Virus record (IMG/VR): IMGVR_UViG_3300028603_000022
Location: 109,849 to 173,848 of that record
DNA: 64,000 nt
Reading direction: 5' to 3' (one strand)
Source: a virus
Taxonomy: Duplodnaviria; Caudoviricetes
In this document: positions 56,173 to 64,000 of the stretch, piece after piece
How positions within the stretch are numbered: the stretch's first letter is position 1
How the letters are laid out: each line of letters opens with the position of its first letter
The notes under the pieces: model-generated
What the model was told of the DNA's origin: nothing
Seen by the model: only the letters and a program-made list of their open reading frames with translations
Databases searched by the model: none
Program-made: the position numbers and the translations under genes

Positions 56173-57839
56173 TTCCTCATAGCGTTCGAAAGGTCAAATT
56201 CTTTCTTTTCTAGGTTAACGAATGATTTAGGCCGCTTCCCTGATCTATGAAATTCATAGTAGTTGTTTATAACAGTGATTAGATGTTTCTTGACGAAGGC
56301 ACGCTTCTTTAAAAGGAAGGCATCAGATTCTTCTTCTTCCTGAATGGCAGGGAATTTATGTAATGTAGCTTCTCCAGAAAAAATAGGCATGTAAAAACGG
56401 TATTTATTATAAGCTTTATCTACTGACTTATCAGTCATTCCGCCTTCAAACACCATTTGAAGGTAATCCATGGTAATACCCATTAACTGAACATGAGTAG
56501 ACCGTTTGTATTGCTCAAGAATAAGTTCTTTGTACGCCTTATGATCTAAAGTATCAGCGTACAAGCACATCATATTGAAGTACCTAATCATAGACATATG
56601 GTTAACGTACTTGATATAATTTCTTGTTGCAGCAATATTATAGGAGGATATAATATCCTGATACCCACCTATAATCTCTGAAATGGGATCGAGAGTTTGA
56701 ATACGCCTATGTGGGTTAGGAATACTACCAGATGGAGCATCCTTATTAGTGTCCATCTTCAAACCGAATCTGGTAAGATTCAACCCGTCGTGGTACACAG
56801 GCTGAGAGAAATAAGTATGTGCTGCAGATAGCATGATAGCTGAACTGGCGTCCGACGTAAGAAGAATGTCTTTACCTGATTTCTTTAATAGGTAAGAGAG
56901 CCAAATAACCAATGAAAGAAGCACAGGATGACCTACACCTAGAAGATGGTATTGTGGATATTGCTTACCCTTTAGGATAATTTTTAGCATCCTATGAATG
57001 GACTCAAGAACATTGAATCTCATCGCTCCAGAGATACATACAATTGGAAAGTCATCATCAAATTCTTCGATCTTGTTACGGAAGAACTCTAGAGAACCCA
57101 TAGATAGACCATGAAAGACTGTAGCAAACCTAAAATCTTTCCTACCATGAATATCAAACATACGGTGCTTCATATATCTGGTATTAAGATTCTGGAGTTT
57201 AGCGGTATGCTTAAGAATAGCTATTTTATCAGATAGATGACGAGTAGGAATATCTAGAACAACACCTTCATCAGCGTTTCGGTTGTATACTCCACACAAT
57301 TCATCAGGATCAATGAATTGCAAGAAACCATGACCTAGCTGGAACGCGCTGGAATCAAGTAGAAAGATTTTATCAGAACTGTATTGGTTATTCTTATCAC
57401 GAACTTTAGGTTCTGTATTAGATGTGTACGCATGTGGATTCAACATTACCCTATCAAAAGGTAAGTCGTCCGCCACAGAAGTTGCTGTGGTAAGAGAGAC
57501 AGCCTTGTGCCAATGAGATTTAGGTTTGTCTATTTGGTTTAACGGTCTACTTCCTCCAACAACAAAGTTGTTCTTGGATATTAGAACTTCTCTATCAGGA
57601 AAATCAAAATGAACATGGTCTATATCAGTAGATAGAATACGGCATTGACCATCGAAAGACTGCTCTTTCATGGTCTTATATCGTACATACATAACCTGAT
57701 TATGTTCTTCGGGTGTGAAGCCGCAAGCGATAAATCTAAAGCGTATATCTCCGTACGCCTTAGTCATTTTATGTTTTTTATAGATGAAAGGCTCACCTAA
57801 AGATTTTTCCACAACAGTCTTTTTCATTGGAGAATCCAC
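56169..57839 (-). CDS. TGT-fold guanine transglycosylase (DpdA-like)
   Basis: LLDSSAFQL (cf. TGT DSGGFQ), VLDIP, FHG, HLLGVG, TSDASS; folE/queD/queE/queC also in the window. Confidence 0.7.
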   Translation of the reverse strand: MDSPMKKTVVEKSLGEPFIYKKHKMTKAYGDIRFRFIACGFTPEEHNQVMYVRYKTMKEQSFDGQCRILSTDIDHVHFDFPDREVLISKNNFVVGGSRPLNQIDKPKSHWHKAVSLTTATSVADDLPFDRVMLNPHAYTSNTEPKVRDKNNQYSSDKIFLLDSSAFQLGHGFLQFIDPDELCGVYNRNADEGVVLDIPTRHLSDKIAILKHTAKLQNLNTRYMKHRMFDIHGRKDFRFATVFHGLSMGSLEFFRNKIEEFDDDFPIVCISGAMRFNVLESIHRMLKIILKGKQYPQYHLLGVGHPVLLSLVIWLSYLLKKSGKDILLTSDASSAIMLSAAHTYFSQPVYHDGLNLTRFGLKMDTNKDAPSGSIPNPHRRIQTLDPISEIIGGYQDIISSYNIAATRNYIKYVNHMSMIRYFNMMCLYADTLDHKAYKELILEQYKRSTHVQLMGITMDYLQMVFEGGMTDKSVDKAYNKYRFYMPIFSGEATLHKFPAIQEEEESDAFLLKKRAFVKKHLITVINNYYEFHRSGKRPKSFVNLEKKEFDLSNAMRK

Positions 57840-58445
57840 TCAAGCAAGCTTATTTTTGGATATAACGAATCTAAGATCTGAAAACTTATCATCTGCCCCG
57901 TAAGCTATAGAGGAAACACGCTCCCAAAAACTAGTATTAGACTCGTTTGTTAACGGTGTTATTAAATTCTTAGTTTTAATGTTGTATAAACCTATATACA
58001 AAGTCATACCTGAAAATTGATGTCTAGATATGAGGTTTTCCCAAAGTTTTTCACCTGCGGGAGTTTGAGTACCCTCCGACATTACAGTATCATATTCTTT
58101 TAGTAATACTCTAAATACGACCATAGCACTTATTACATCAGAACGCAGAGATTTCTTGTCAACCCAAGCTTCACGATCTATGGCTGTTTTATCTAATTTT
58201 GGAAAGTTCTTCTCTACGAATAACAAATAATAGTATACACGCTTAGTTTGTGTATCTATACCGTAGTAGGTTATTCCTCTTTTAGTAATTATAGAAACAA
58301 GCTTAAAATTGTATCCCTCAATAATAGTTTTAGTTTTATCTGAATTTACTAGTTCTTCGTATTTATAAGCATTATATTTATCATTAGTAAGATTTGTAAA
58401 AAAGAAGTGCGACGGTATCCTGTCAGGCGAAGCTTTTTCACACAT
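57840..58445 (-). CDS. hypothetical protein, paralog of 13855..14487
   Basis: EKASP; VMSEGTQTPAGEKLW; RFVISKN. Confidence 0.7.
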   Translation of the reverse strand: MCEKASPDRIPSHFFFTNLTNDKYNAYKYEELVNSDKTKTIIEGYNFKLVSIITKRGITYYGIDTQTKRVYYYLLFVEKNFPKLDKTAIDREAWVDKKSLRSDVISAMVVFRVLLKEYDTVMSEGTQTPAGEKLWENLISRHQFSGMTLYIGLYNIKTKNLITPLTNESNTSFWERVSSIAYGADDKFSDLRFVISKNKLA

Positions 58446-58914
58446 AATCTTCTCCTATATAGTATCCAAATTTACCTTCGTACAATCTGGAATCAAAGTA
58501 TTTATCATAATGAAAAAACCTATCTTTAGGATAGTTGTCTCTAGTAACAAGGAATACCAACTCTCGATTTTTGGCCTCCATACCTAAAGTTACTACAGCC
58601 TCATGCCAGGATATAGAAAAAATACCTCTTAAATAAACCTTTTTAAGTGTTGGAAGCATAAAATCAAAGAAAAGACTTTTAGGATAGGCGGTATCAAAGC
58701 TAATGCTGGGGTCTATAAATATAAAAGATTCATCATAAAATAAGGAGGTGGCATACTTTATTGTATGCTCGTAGCTGCGATTTTCATTGTTTCGTAATAG
58801 AAAATAACCAGCATTTCGCGAGGTATTAGCTTTATGAAGGACAGAATATGTTTCATCTTCATCTAATACATAGCTATACCCGTATTTAAGGTCAATTTGC
58901 ATTGAATTTTCCAT
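58438..58914 (-). CDS. hypothetical protein
   Basis: GAGG RBS. Confidence 0.6.
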   Translation of the reverse strand: MENSMQIDLKYGYSYVLDEDETYSVLHKANTSRNAGYFLLRNNENRSYEHTIKYATSLFYDESFIFIDPSISFDTAYPKSLFFDFMLPTLKKVYLRGIFSISWHEAVVTLGMEAKNRELVFLVTRDNYPKDRFFHYDKYFDSRLYEGKFGYYIGEDYV

Positions 58915-58917
58915 AAT

Positions 58918-59508
58918 TCACCTCGATCTAACACTAAGTTGGTGATAAAAGTCGTTAATCATAGACCTAGCGTCGAAATCGCCATTTTTATATTTAGGTG
59001 TAGTTAGAAGGTACGTTGTAGTGGTATTGGAATTTACGTCTTTAATACCTCTATGTGACATACAACCATGCTTGCAATCAATATGCACATAGACAAAATC
59101 TGCCAAGAAGTTTTCATAGATAAATTCACAAATTTGGAAAGTCATACGCTCTTGAAGCTGTAGTTTACGAGCGAACATATCCACTACACGAGCATATTTG
59201 GATAGTCCCGGTAGTCGCACGTTGTTATTAGCGTCTGCTATATAAAATGTACCGATATGGGCTTTACCTGTAATAGGCTGAAGATGGTGTGAACACAGAG
59301 AAGATACATTTATATCAAACACGGATACAAATTGAGAACCTACGGCAGTCTCAAAAGTGGTTACTTCAAACGGTTTATGCGTAAGAAGTTCTTCACAGAA
59401 CATCTTAGTAACTCGCTTAGGTGTGTCTTTGAGGTTAGGATCAGTTAGATCTTGACCTAAAGCCTCAAGAAAATCCTTTATAGCTATTTCGGCTCTATCT
59501 TTATCCAT
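58918..59508 (-). CDS. folE: GTP cyclohydrolase I
   Basis: DTPKRV, SLCSHHL, GLSKYAR, LQLQER, HGCMSHRG. Confidence 0.95.
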   Translation of the reverse strand: MDKDRAEIAIKDFLEALGQDLTDPNLKDTPKRVTKMFCEELLTHKPFEVTTFETAVGSQFVSVFDINVSSLCSHHLQPITGKAHIGTFYIADANNNVRLPGLSKYARVVDMFARKLQLQERMTFQICEFIYENFLADFVYVHIDCKHGCMSHRGIKDVNSNTTTTYLLTTPKYKNGDFDARSMINDFYHQLSVRSR

Positions 59509-59545
59509 GGTCGTATTAATACCTTTAATAGACTGCCTCTAAATA

Positions 59546-59582
59546 AAAATAAACCCGGTGTATTTAGAACACACCGGGTTTT
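59546..59582 (-). terminator. intrinsic terminator
   Basis: AAACCCGGTGT/ACACCGGGTTT. Confidence 0.7.
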
Positions 59583-59606
59583 GTAAAATTACTACTATAT
59601 ACCAGA

Positions 59607-60491
59607 TTACTTCTTGGAAAGAGTCTTATTGAGAAAGATAATCTCGTCCTTGAAGAGCGTCGTTAGAAGCTCCTGCCGAGAAATAACAACATCGGCGATT
59701 GTCTTTTCGTCTTCTGTGAAGACTTCCGACATAACAGGTGTCTTACTGTTATAACGCTCAATCACCTTAGTCTCGAACCAATCATACAGATTATGAATCC
59801 GCGATTCTTGTTCTGTTACATCGCGACGAAGCTTTTCTTCGTAGTTATTAAGCCCCGAACGGTTGATGGCTTCAACAGAAGTCTCACCAATATCAGGAAG
59901 AAGATCGTTAATGTTGTTCTCTACTTCTTCCAGACCGGGAGAACGAAGATGCTGTAGAGCTTCACCACGAAGAACTACATGCTTGGACAGACGGCTAAGA
60001 TTTGTAAGAAGTGTTTCCTCATGCTTCTGGGCTAGTTGAAGGAACGGCTTAGTTGTCTGAATAGGAACAGCTTCTTGTTCAATCGAGGTACGACTAACTA
60101 CGATTTCATGAACCATAGGAGCAGTAAGTTCAACTAGGTTGACTGTTTCTTCCTCGGTTTCTTCATCCTTACGCTTCTTACGCTTCTTAGGAGAATCAGT
60201 AAGTTCGTTGAAATTAGCATTCATAGCTGTCTCAACGAGGTTAAGATACTCGCTAAGAGTTTCACCATTTGCCTGGATCATACCTTCGTTATGCTGCAGC
60301 GTGATGATCGCCTTGGAGTCAATCTCGATAGTACGTTTGACCAGCATATCCCTAGACGAAAACACTGTTTCTGTGTCACGGACCAGTGAGTATACATTGC
60401 GGGCTGAATAAGCTAGTACGATGGGCATCGAGATCGAATCAAAATCGGTAACGATACCAAGGGACGGAATGAATACAATATTGTCACGCAT
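59607..60491 (-). CDS. hypothetical protein
   Basis: GAAAGGA RBS; own promoter and terminator. Confidence 0.8.
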   Translation of the reverse strand: MRDNIVFIPSLGIVTDFDSISMPIVLAYSARNVYSLVRDTETVFSSRDMLVKRTIEIDSKAIITLQHNEGMIQANGETLSEYLNLVETAMNANFNELTDSPKKRKKRKDEETEEETVNLVELTAPMVHEIVVSRTSIEQEAVPIQTTKPFLQLAQKHEETLLTNLSRLSKHVVLRGEALQHLRSPGLEEVENNINDLLPDIGETSVEAINRSGLNNYEEKLRRDVTEQESRIHNLYDWFETKVIERYNSKTPVMSEVFTEDEKTIADVVISRQELLTTLFKDEIIFLNKTLSKK

Positions 60492-60572
60492 TTTAATTTC
60501 CTTTCGGGTTTATTGTAGGTACTCAACTCATATTTACCATGGGTTACTTATATGGATATGAGAGGTACGTAT

Positions 60573-60601
60573 AGTATATCACGATCTTGTTAGGTAGTCA
60601 A
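60573..60601 (-). promoter_or_regulatory. sigma70-like promoter
   Basis: TTGACT-N17-TATACT with extended TG. Confidence 0.7.
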
Positions 60602-60645
60602 TACTAGGTTGAGTAGAGGGTAATCCGCTAAATAGTACGATATAT

Positions 60646-62085
60646 TCAAACGTTTTTGAACTCCATGTATAGGTCTTTGATTTGTTTCGCTATATAGGTA
60701 CGTGGCTTTTTAATTCGAGTCTTGTACCCATCTATTTCCTCTTTAAGAGCTTTAATCTTCTTGATTAGAACTTTGTCTTCTAATGCTTTCAATGACCTCA
60801 CCTTTAGATCAAGGATTATGTTGGCCTGATCTACTGTAATTTTCAGGTTCTTCGCTATATACGCAGCCAATTTCTCGTCATCAAATGGTTTATCCAATGC
60901 TTGAATGATAAACTTACGATTTTTGACAGCTAATCTCATAAGATTGAGGTAATCGATTTCTTTTTGCCGCTTATCAATCCAGTAAGTACACGCCTTTTTC
61001 TCAAGTTTGATACGATAAGCGATCCATGTTTCCAGAATATCAATGATATTTGATGATCTTAGTTCTGATTTGCCAGTACCATCTTTACGCTTAGTACGTT
61101 TTGTAACTTTAATATCGTAGTTTTCAGTTGTTCCAAATGGTCCAGCTACGATTTTGTCCATTACAGTTTTCTGGTAGGAGTCTCCAAGCCCTTTCTTTAA
61201 TGTAATTTCAACTCTACCATGCCTATCTTTAATATCTGAAATGTCATTAATACGCACTACATCTTTATTCTGCGCGGTTTTTTCAATTGCTTTAGACAAA
61301 TCAGAAAAAGGCGCAAACAAAGTTATATGGTATACATTTTTATCTTTGGTTTTTTCGTATACAGAGACAGTTTCAACCTTCGCCTTACCATGTTTAATAA
61401 GATTTAGGTGTTCTTGTTTGTTCACTATTGCCCGGCCACCATACAGAAATTTGTATTCTAATCCCATACAGTCTTTGGCGGTCACTTTTTTGGATTTTAG
61501 AGCCTTAATTAGAACACTACACACTGACTTCAACGTAAATGATGGTAGCTGTGCTCGTACACCTACACCTATTCCAAACGTGCCATTTAGTAGAATGTTG
61601 GGTAATAGGGCATTAAGGTATAATGGTTCAGTGTTAGAACCATCATAGTTAGGCACTTCCTCTGTTACAGGAAGATAGAAACTGTCAAAGAATACCTTTT
61701 CGGATAATTTGGTTAGTTTAAGTAGCGTATACCGCATAGCGGCTACACTCTTATCAGATAAAGCCCCCCAATTACCTTCACCAAATATTAGCTGGTGTGG
61801 TGTATTAACAAGTGAGGTATAGGTATCCGCAATAGCCTTATCACCATGAGGATGATAAGAACCCATTGTACGACCCACGTATACTGCGGTTTTCTGTAAC
61901 TTAGCGTTACTGTAGCCGCGTAGCTCTCTTACTACCCAAAGAGCCCTTCGTGCAACAGGTTTAAGACCATCTATATCACAAGGTATGGCTCGTTCTTCAT
62001 TAACGTGTAGGCCATAAGTGTAATATCGCTTACTTGCTTCTGGAAGTAGTGATTTAGTTTCAACCATAATAAAATTCCTTATCAA
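60646..62085 (-). CDS. type IIA topoisomerase subunit A (GyrA/ParC-like, no CTD)
   Basis: RAIPCDIDGLKPVARR, YHPHGD, AAMRYT (catalytic Tyr), PNILLNG. Confidence 0.95.
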   Translation of the reverse strand: MIRNFIMVETKSLLPEASKRYYTYGLHVNEERAIPCDIDGLKPVARRALWVVRELRGYSNAKLQKTAVYVGRTMGSYHPHGDKAIADTYTSLVNTPHQLIFGEGNWGALSDKSVAAMRYTLLKLTKLSEKVFFDSFYLPVTEEVPNYDGSNTEPLYLNALLPNILLNGTFGIGVGVRAQLPSFTLKSVCSVLIKALKSKKVTAKDCMGLEYKFLYGGRAIVNKQEHLNLIKHGKAKVETVSVYEKTKDKNVYHITLFAPFSDLSKAIEKTAQNKDVVRINDISDIKDRHGRVEITLKKGLGDSYQKTVMDKIVAGPFGTTENYDIKVTKRTKRKDGTGKSELRSSNIIDILETWIAYRIKLEKKACTYWIDKRQKEIDYLNLMRLAVKNRKFIIQALDKPFDDEKLAAYIAKNLKITVDQANIILDLKVRSLKALEDKVLIKKIKALKEEIDGYKTRIKKPRTYIAKQIKDLYMEFKNV

Positions 62086-63923
62086 TCTACATTCAGAAGT
62101 TTTTTACGGTATTCCGAGCTTTTACCCATAAGTGCTTCAAAATCTTTCAATTCTTTATTAGAACCTGGCCATTCTACCATAAATGTATTACGAGTTTCAG
62201 GGTCCATAGCGAAGTACCTAAGATCACTATCACTACATTCACCTAAACCCTTTAGATATGTGATATCCGCGTTCTTTGTTTTAGTTTGTCTATAAATTTC
62301 GTCTTTAGTAAAGCCAAAATAGGTTTTGTTTTTATACCTTGATAGGAAAATCGGGCTTTTAACAATGAATACCCTACCTTCTTTAATGAGGGAGGGCGTG
62401 TATTTGTATAAGAACGTAAGAAGTAGAACGGAAATATGGTCGCCGTCTACGTCCGCGTCGGCCATAATAAAGATTTTGCCATATCTCGAAGTTTGGGATT
62501 TGGAGTCAATACCAATAGCGGCCAAAAGTGAAGTAAGTTCCTCGTTGGAATTTACCTTATCTTTTGTGACTTCCATTACATTCAGTGGCTTACCTTTCAA
62601 TGGATAAACAGCCTGGAATACCTTATCCCTAGCTCGCTTGGCTGGTCCAGCCGCAGAATCACCTTCGACAAGGAACAATTCAGTCTTATCTCTAGGGGTC
62701 TTAGGGTTAACATCTGCCAACTTAGCCGACAGTTTCTTCTTCTGGTTAGTTACATTTTTCAGAAGCTTCTTGTCCTTCAAGAAATCATCTGTTTTCTTAC
62801 GAAGGTCAACCGCTCGTTGGATAATCTTCTTGGCTAAAGATTTATTCTTCTTCCAAAATTCAGTAAGCTCTTTTAACGCCTCTGGATACACAAGATCATA
62901 TACTCTAGGGTCGATTAGCTGATCCTTGCGTTGATTTGAATACGCCGGAGCCGCCAGTTTCGCGTTAATAATACCTACCGCTCCATCAATAAGGTCAGTA
63001 GGTTTATAATCTGCTTTCTTACCCGCATATGGCTTCAGACTCTTACTAACTGCGTCTATGATAGCTTTAACATGTCTACCACCTTCCGCGTTCTTCAAAC
63101 CGTTCGTACAAGCATACAAATCCACGTTTTCAGAATTAGCGAATGATAAAGCTACATCGAAGAATACCGAATGGTGAACAAACGTCTTACCTAGTGGTTC
63201 TAGTTTGTTTTCTTCTAACTTCTTAGTGATATAGTCGTTTATACCCTTACTTTTATACGTAAGCGTTTTACCTTTTTCATTCGTAAACTTGATATCTAGC
63301 TTAGAAACTAGGTATGAAGTAATTTCGCACCATTGTTTAACATCGGAAGTTTGAATTTTAGACTTTTTCTCAAAAAGAGACAAGTCAGGTTGAAATCTAA
63401 CAATCGTTCCAGGCTTTGTCTTTATACCATGTGGGAGCTTAGGTGGTTTCCTTTTAGAAACATCTTTTGATAGCTTACCTTTCTTGTATTCAATAAACCA
63501 CCAAGCTCCTTTCTGGTATGTCCAGAATTGAGCTACTACAGAAAGGGCGGAGATTGTTTTTAGACCAATACCGTGACTACCGCGGGAAATTTGATCGGAA
63601 TCAAAATTAGAACCAGCGTGGGTTAATCCAGTAGCTGCGTAGAACTGTGATAATTTTTCTTTACGACCTCGTTCATCCTCAAATATCTTATTACTTACTG
63701 GAATACCCGGCCCGTGGTCTACAACCCAATAGGTGTTTGGTTCTTTATCAAAAATGATATGCCCGTACTTGTTTTCGCCGCGTATGGCAACATCTGCAAA
63801 ATTGTCAGCAGCCTCACGAAGTAGCGTAAACAACCCGTCATCGTTGACGGGTCCAATATACATCGCTGGTTTGGCTCTTACGCCAGCCAACCCAGCAAAT
63901 CTTGTAATTTCCTTCTTTGTCAT
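62082..63923 (-). CDS. type IIA topoisomerase subunit B (GyrB/ParE-like)
   Basis: KPAMYIG, EAADN, DHGPGIP, EGDSA, PLKGK, DADVDG, KGLGE. Confidence 0.95.
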   Translation of the reverse strand: MTKKEITRFAGLAGVRAKPAMYIGPVNDDGLFTLLREAADNFADVAIRGENKYGHIIFDKEPNTYWVVDHGPGIPVSNKIFEDERGRKEKLSQFYAATGLTHAGSNFDSDQISRGSHGIGLKTISALSVVAQFWTYQKGAWWFIEYKKGKLSKDVSKRKPPKLPHGIKTKPGTIVRFQPDLSLFEKKSKIQTSDVKQWCEITSYLVSKLDIKFTNEKGKTLTYKSKGINDYITKKLEENKLEPLGKTFVHHSVFFDVALSFANSENVDLYACTNGLKNAEGGRHVKAIIDAVSKSLKPYAGKKADYKPTDLIDGAVGIINAKLAAPAYSNQRKDQLIDPRVYDLVYPEALKELTEFWKKNKSLAKKIIQRAVDLRKKTDDFLKDKKLLKNVTNQKKKLSAKLADVNPKTPRDKTELFLVEGDSAAGPAKRARDKVFQAVYPLKGKPLNVMEVTKDKVNSNEELTSLLAAIGIDSKSQTSRYGKIFIMADADVDGDHISVLLLTFLYKYTPSLIKEGRVFIVKSPIFLSRYKNKTYFGFTKDEIYRQTKTKNADITYLKGLGECSDSDLRYFAMDPETRNTFMVEWPGSNKELKDFEALMGKSSEYRKKLLNVD

Positions 63924-63954
63924 AGTCAGCCTCTTAGTAAAATACCTCAAATAT

Positions 63955-63984
63955 AGTATATCACGTACTACGATTAGTCGTCAA
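63955..63984 (-). promoter_or_regulatory. sigma70-like promoter
   Basis: TTGACG-N18-TATACT with extended TG. Confidence 0.6.
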
Positions 63985-64000
63985 GCGGTAATTTAGAGTC

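Overview
A 64-kb segment of a large lytic dsDNA phage. The host is probably an alphaproteobacterium, inferred from an EcfG-like sigma factor, a CtrA-like winged-helix protein and a DUF1194-type vWA protein. Layout: 1-13 kb holds small early-type genes behind sigma70-like promoters. 13.4-16.3 kb is a tRNA/ncRNA cluster. 16-30 kb (+ strand) carries membrane proteins, a DnaX-like clamp loader, NYN, ParB-like, ECF sigma, ThyA, Dcd, QueE, QueD and DHH genes. 30-64 kb (- strand) carries two QueC paralogs, a DnaB-like helicase, an SF2 helicase, primase, large terminase, ART-like proteins, a RuvC-like resolvase, a DpdA/TGT-like protein, FolE and a type IIA topoisomerase. The top signal is a nuclease-less IS110/Nop-domain (Tas-like) gene at 10167-11216. 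It is preceded by an 18-nt-period repeat array (10006-10153), and a longer orphan array with the same alternating AGAATCA/TGAAYYA repeats lies 22 kb away (32542-32923, - strand). Together these look like a TIGR-Tas-like RNA-guided system. Other notable items: an HNH endonuclease cassette carrying a long-variable-arm tRNA(UUU) between two broken tRNA halves, a candidate anti-RBS small RNA, three unclassified structured RNAs, a dispersed 7-deazaguanine DNA-modification pathway, and two ART-like proteins sharing an N-terminal peptide. All calls come from reading motifs by eye; no database searches were run.
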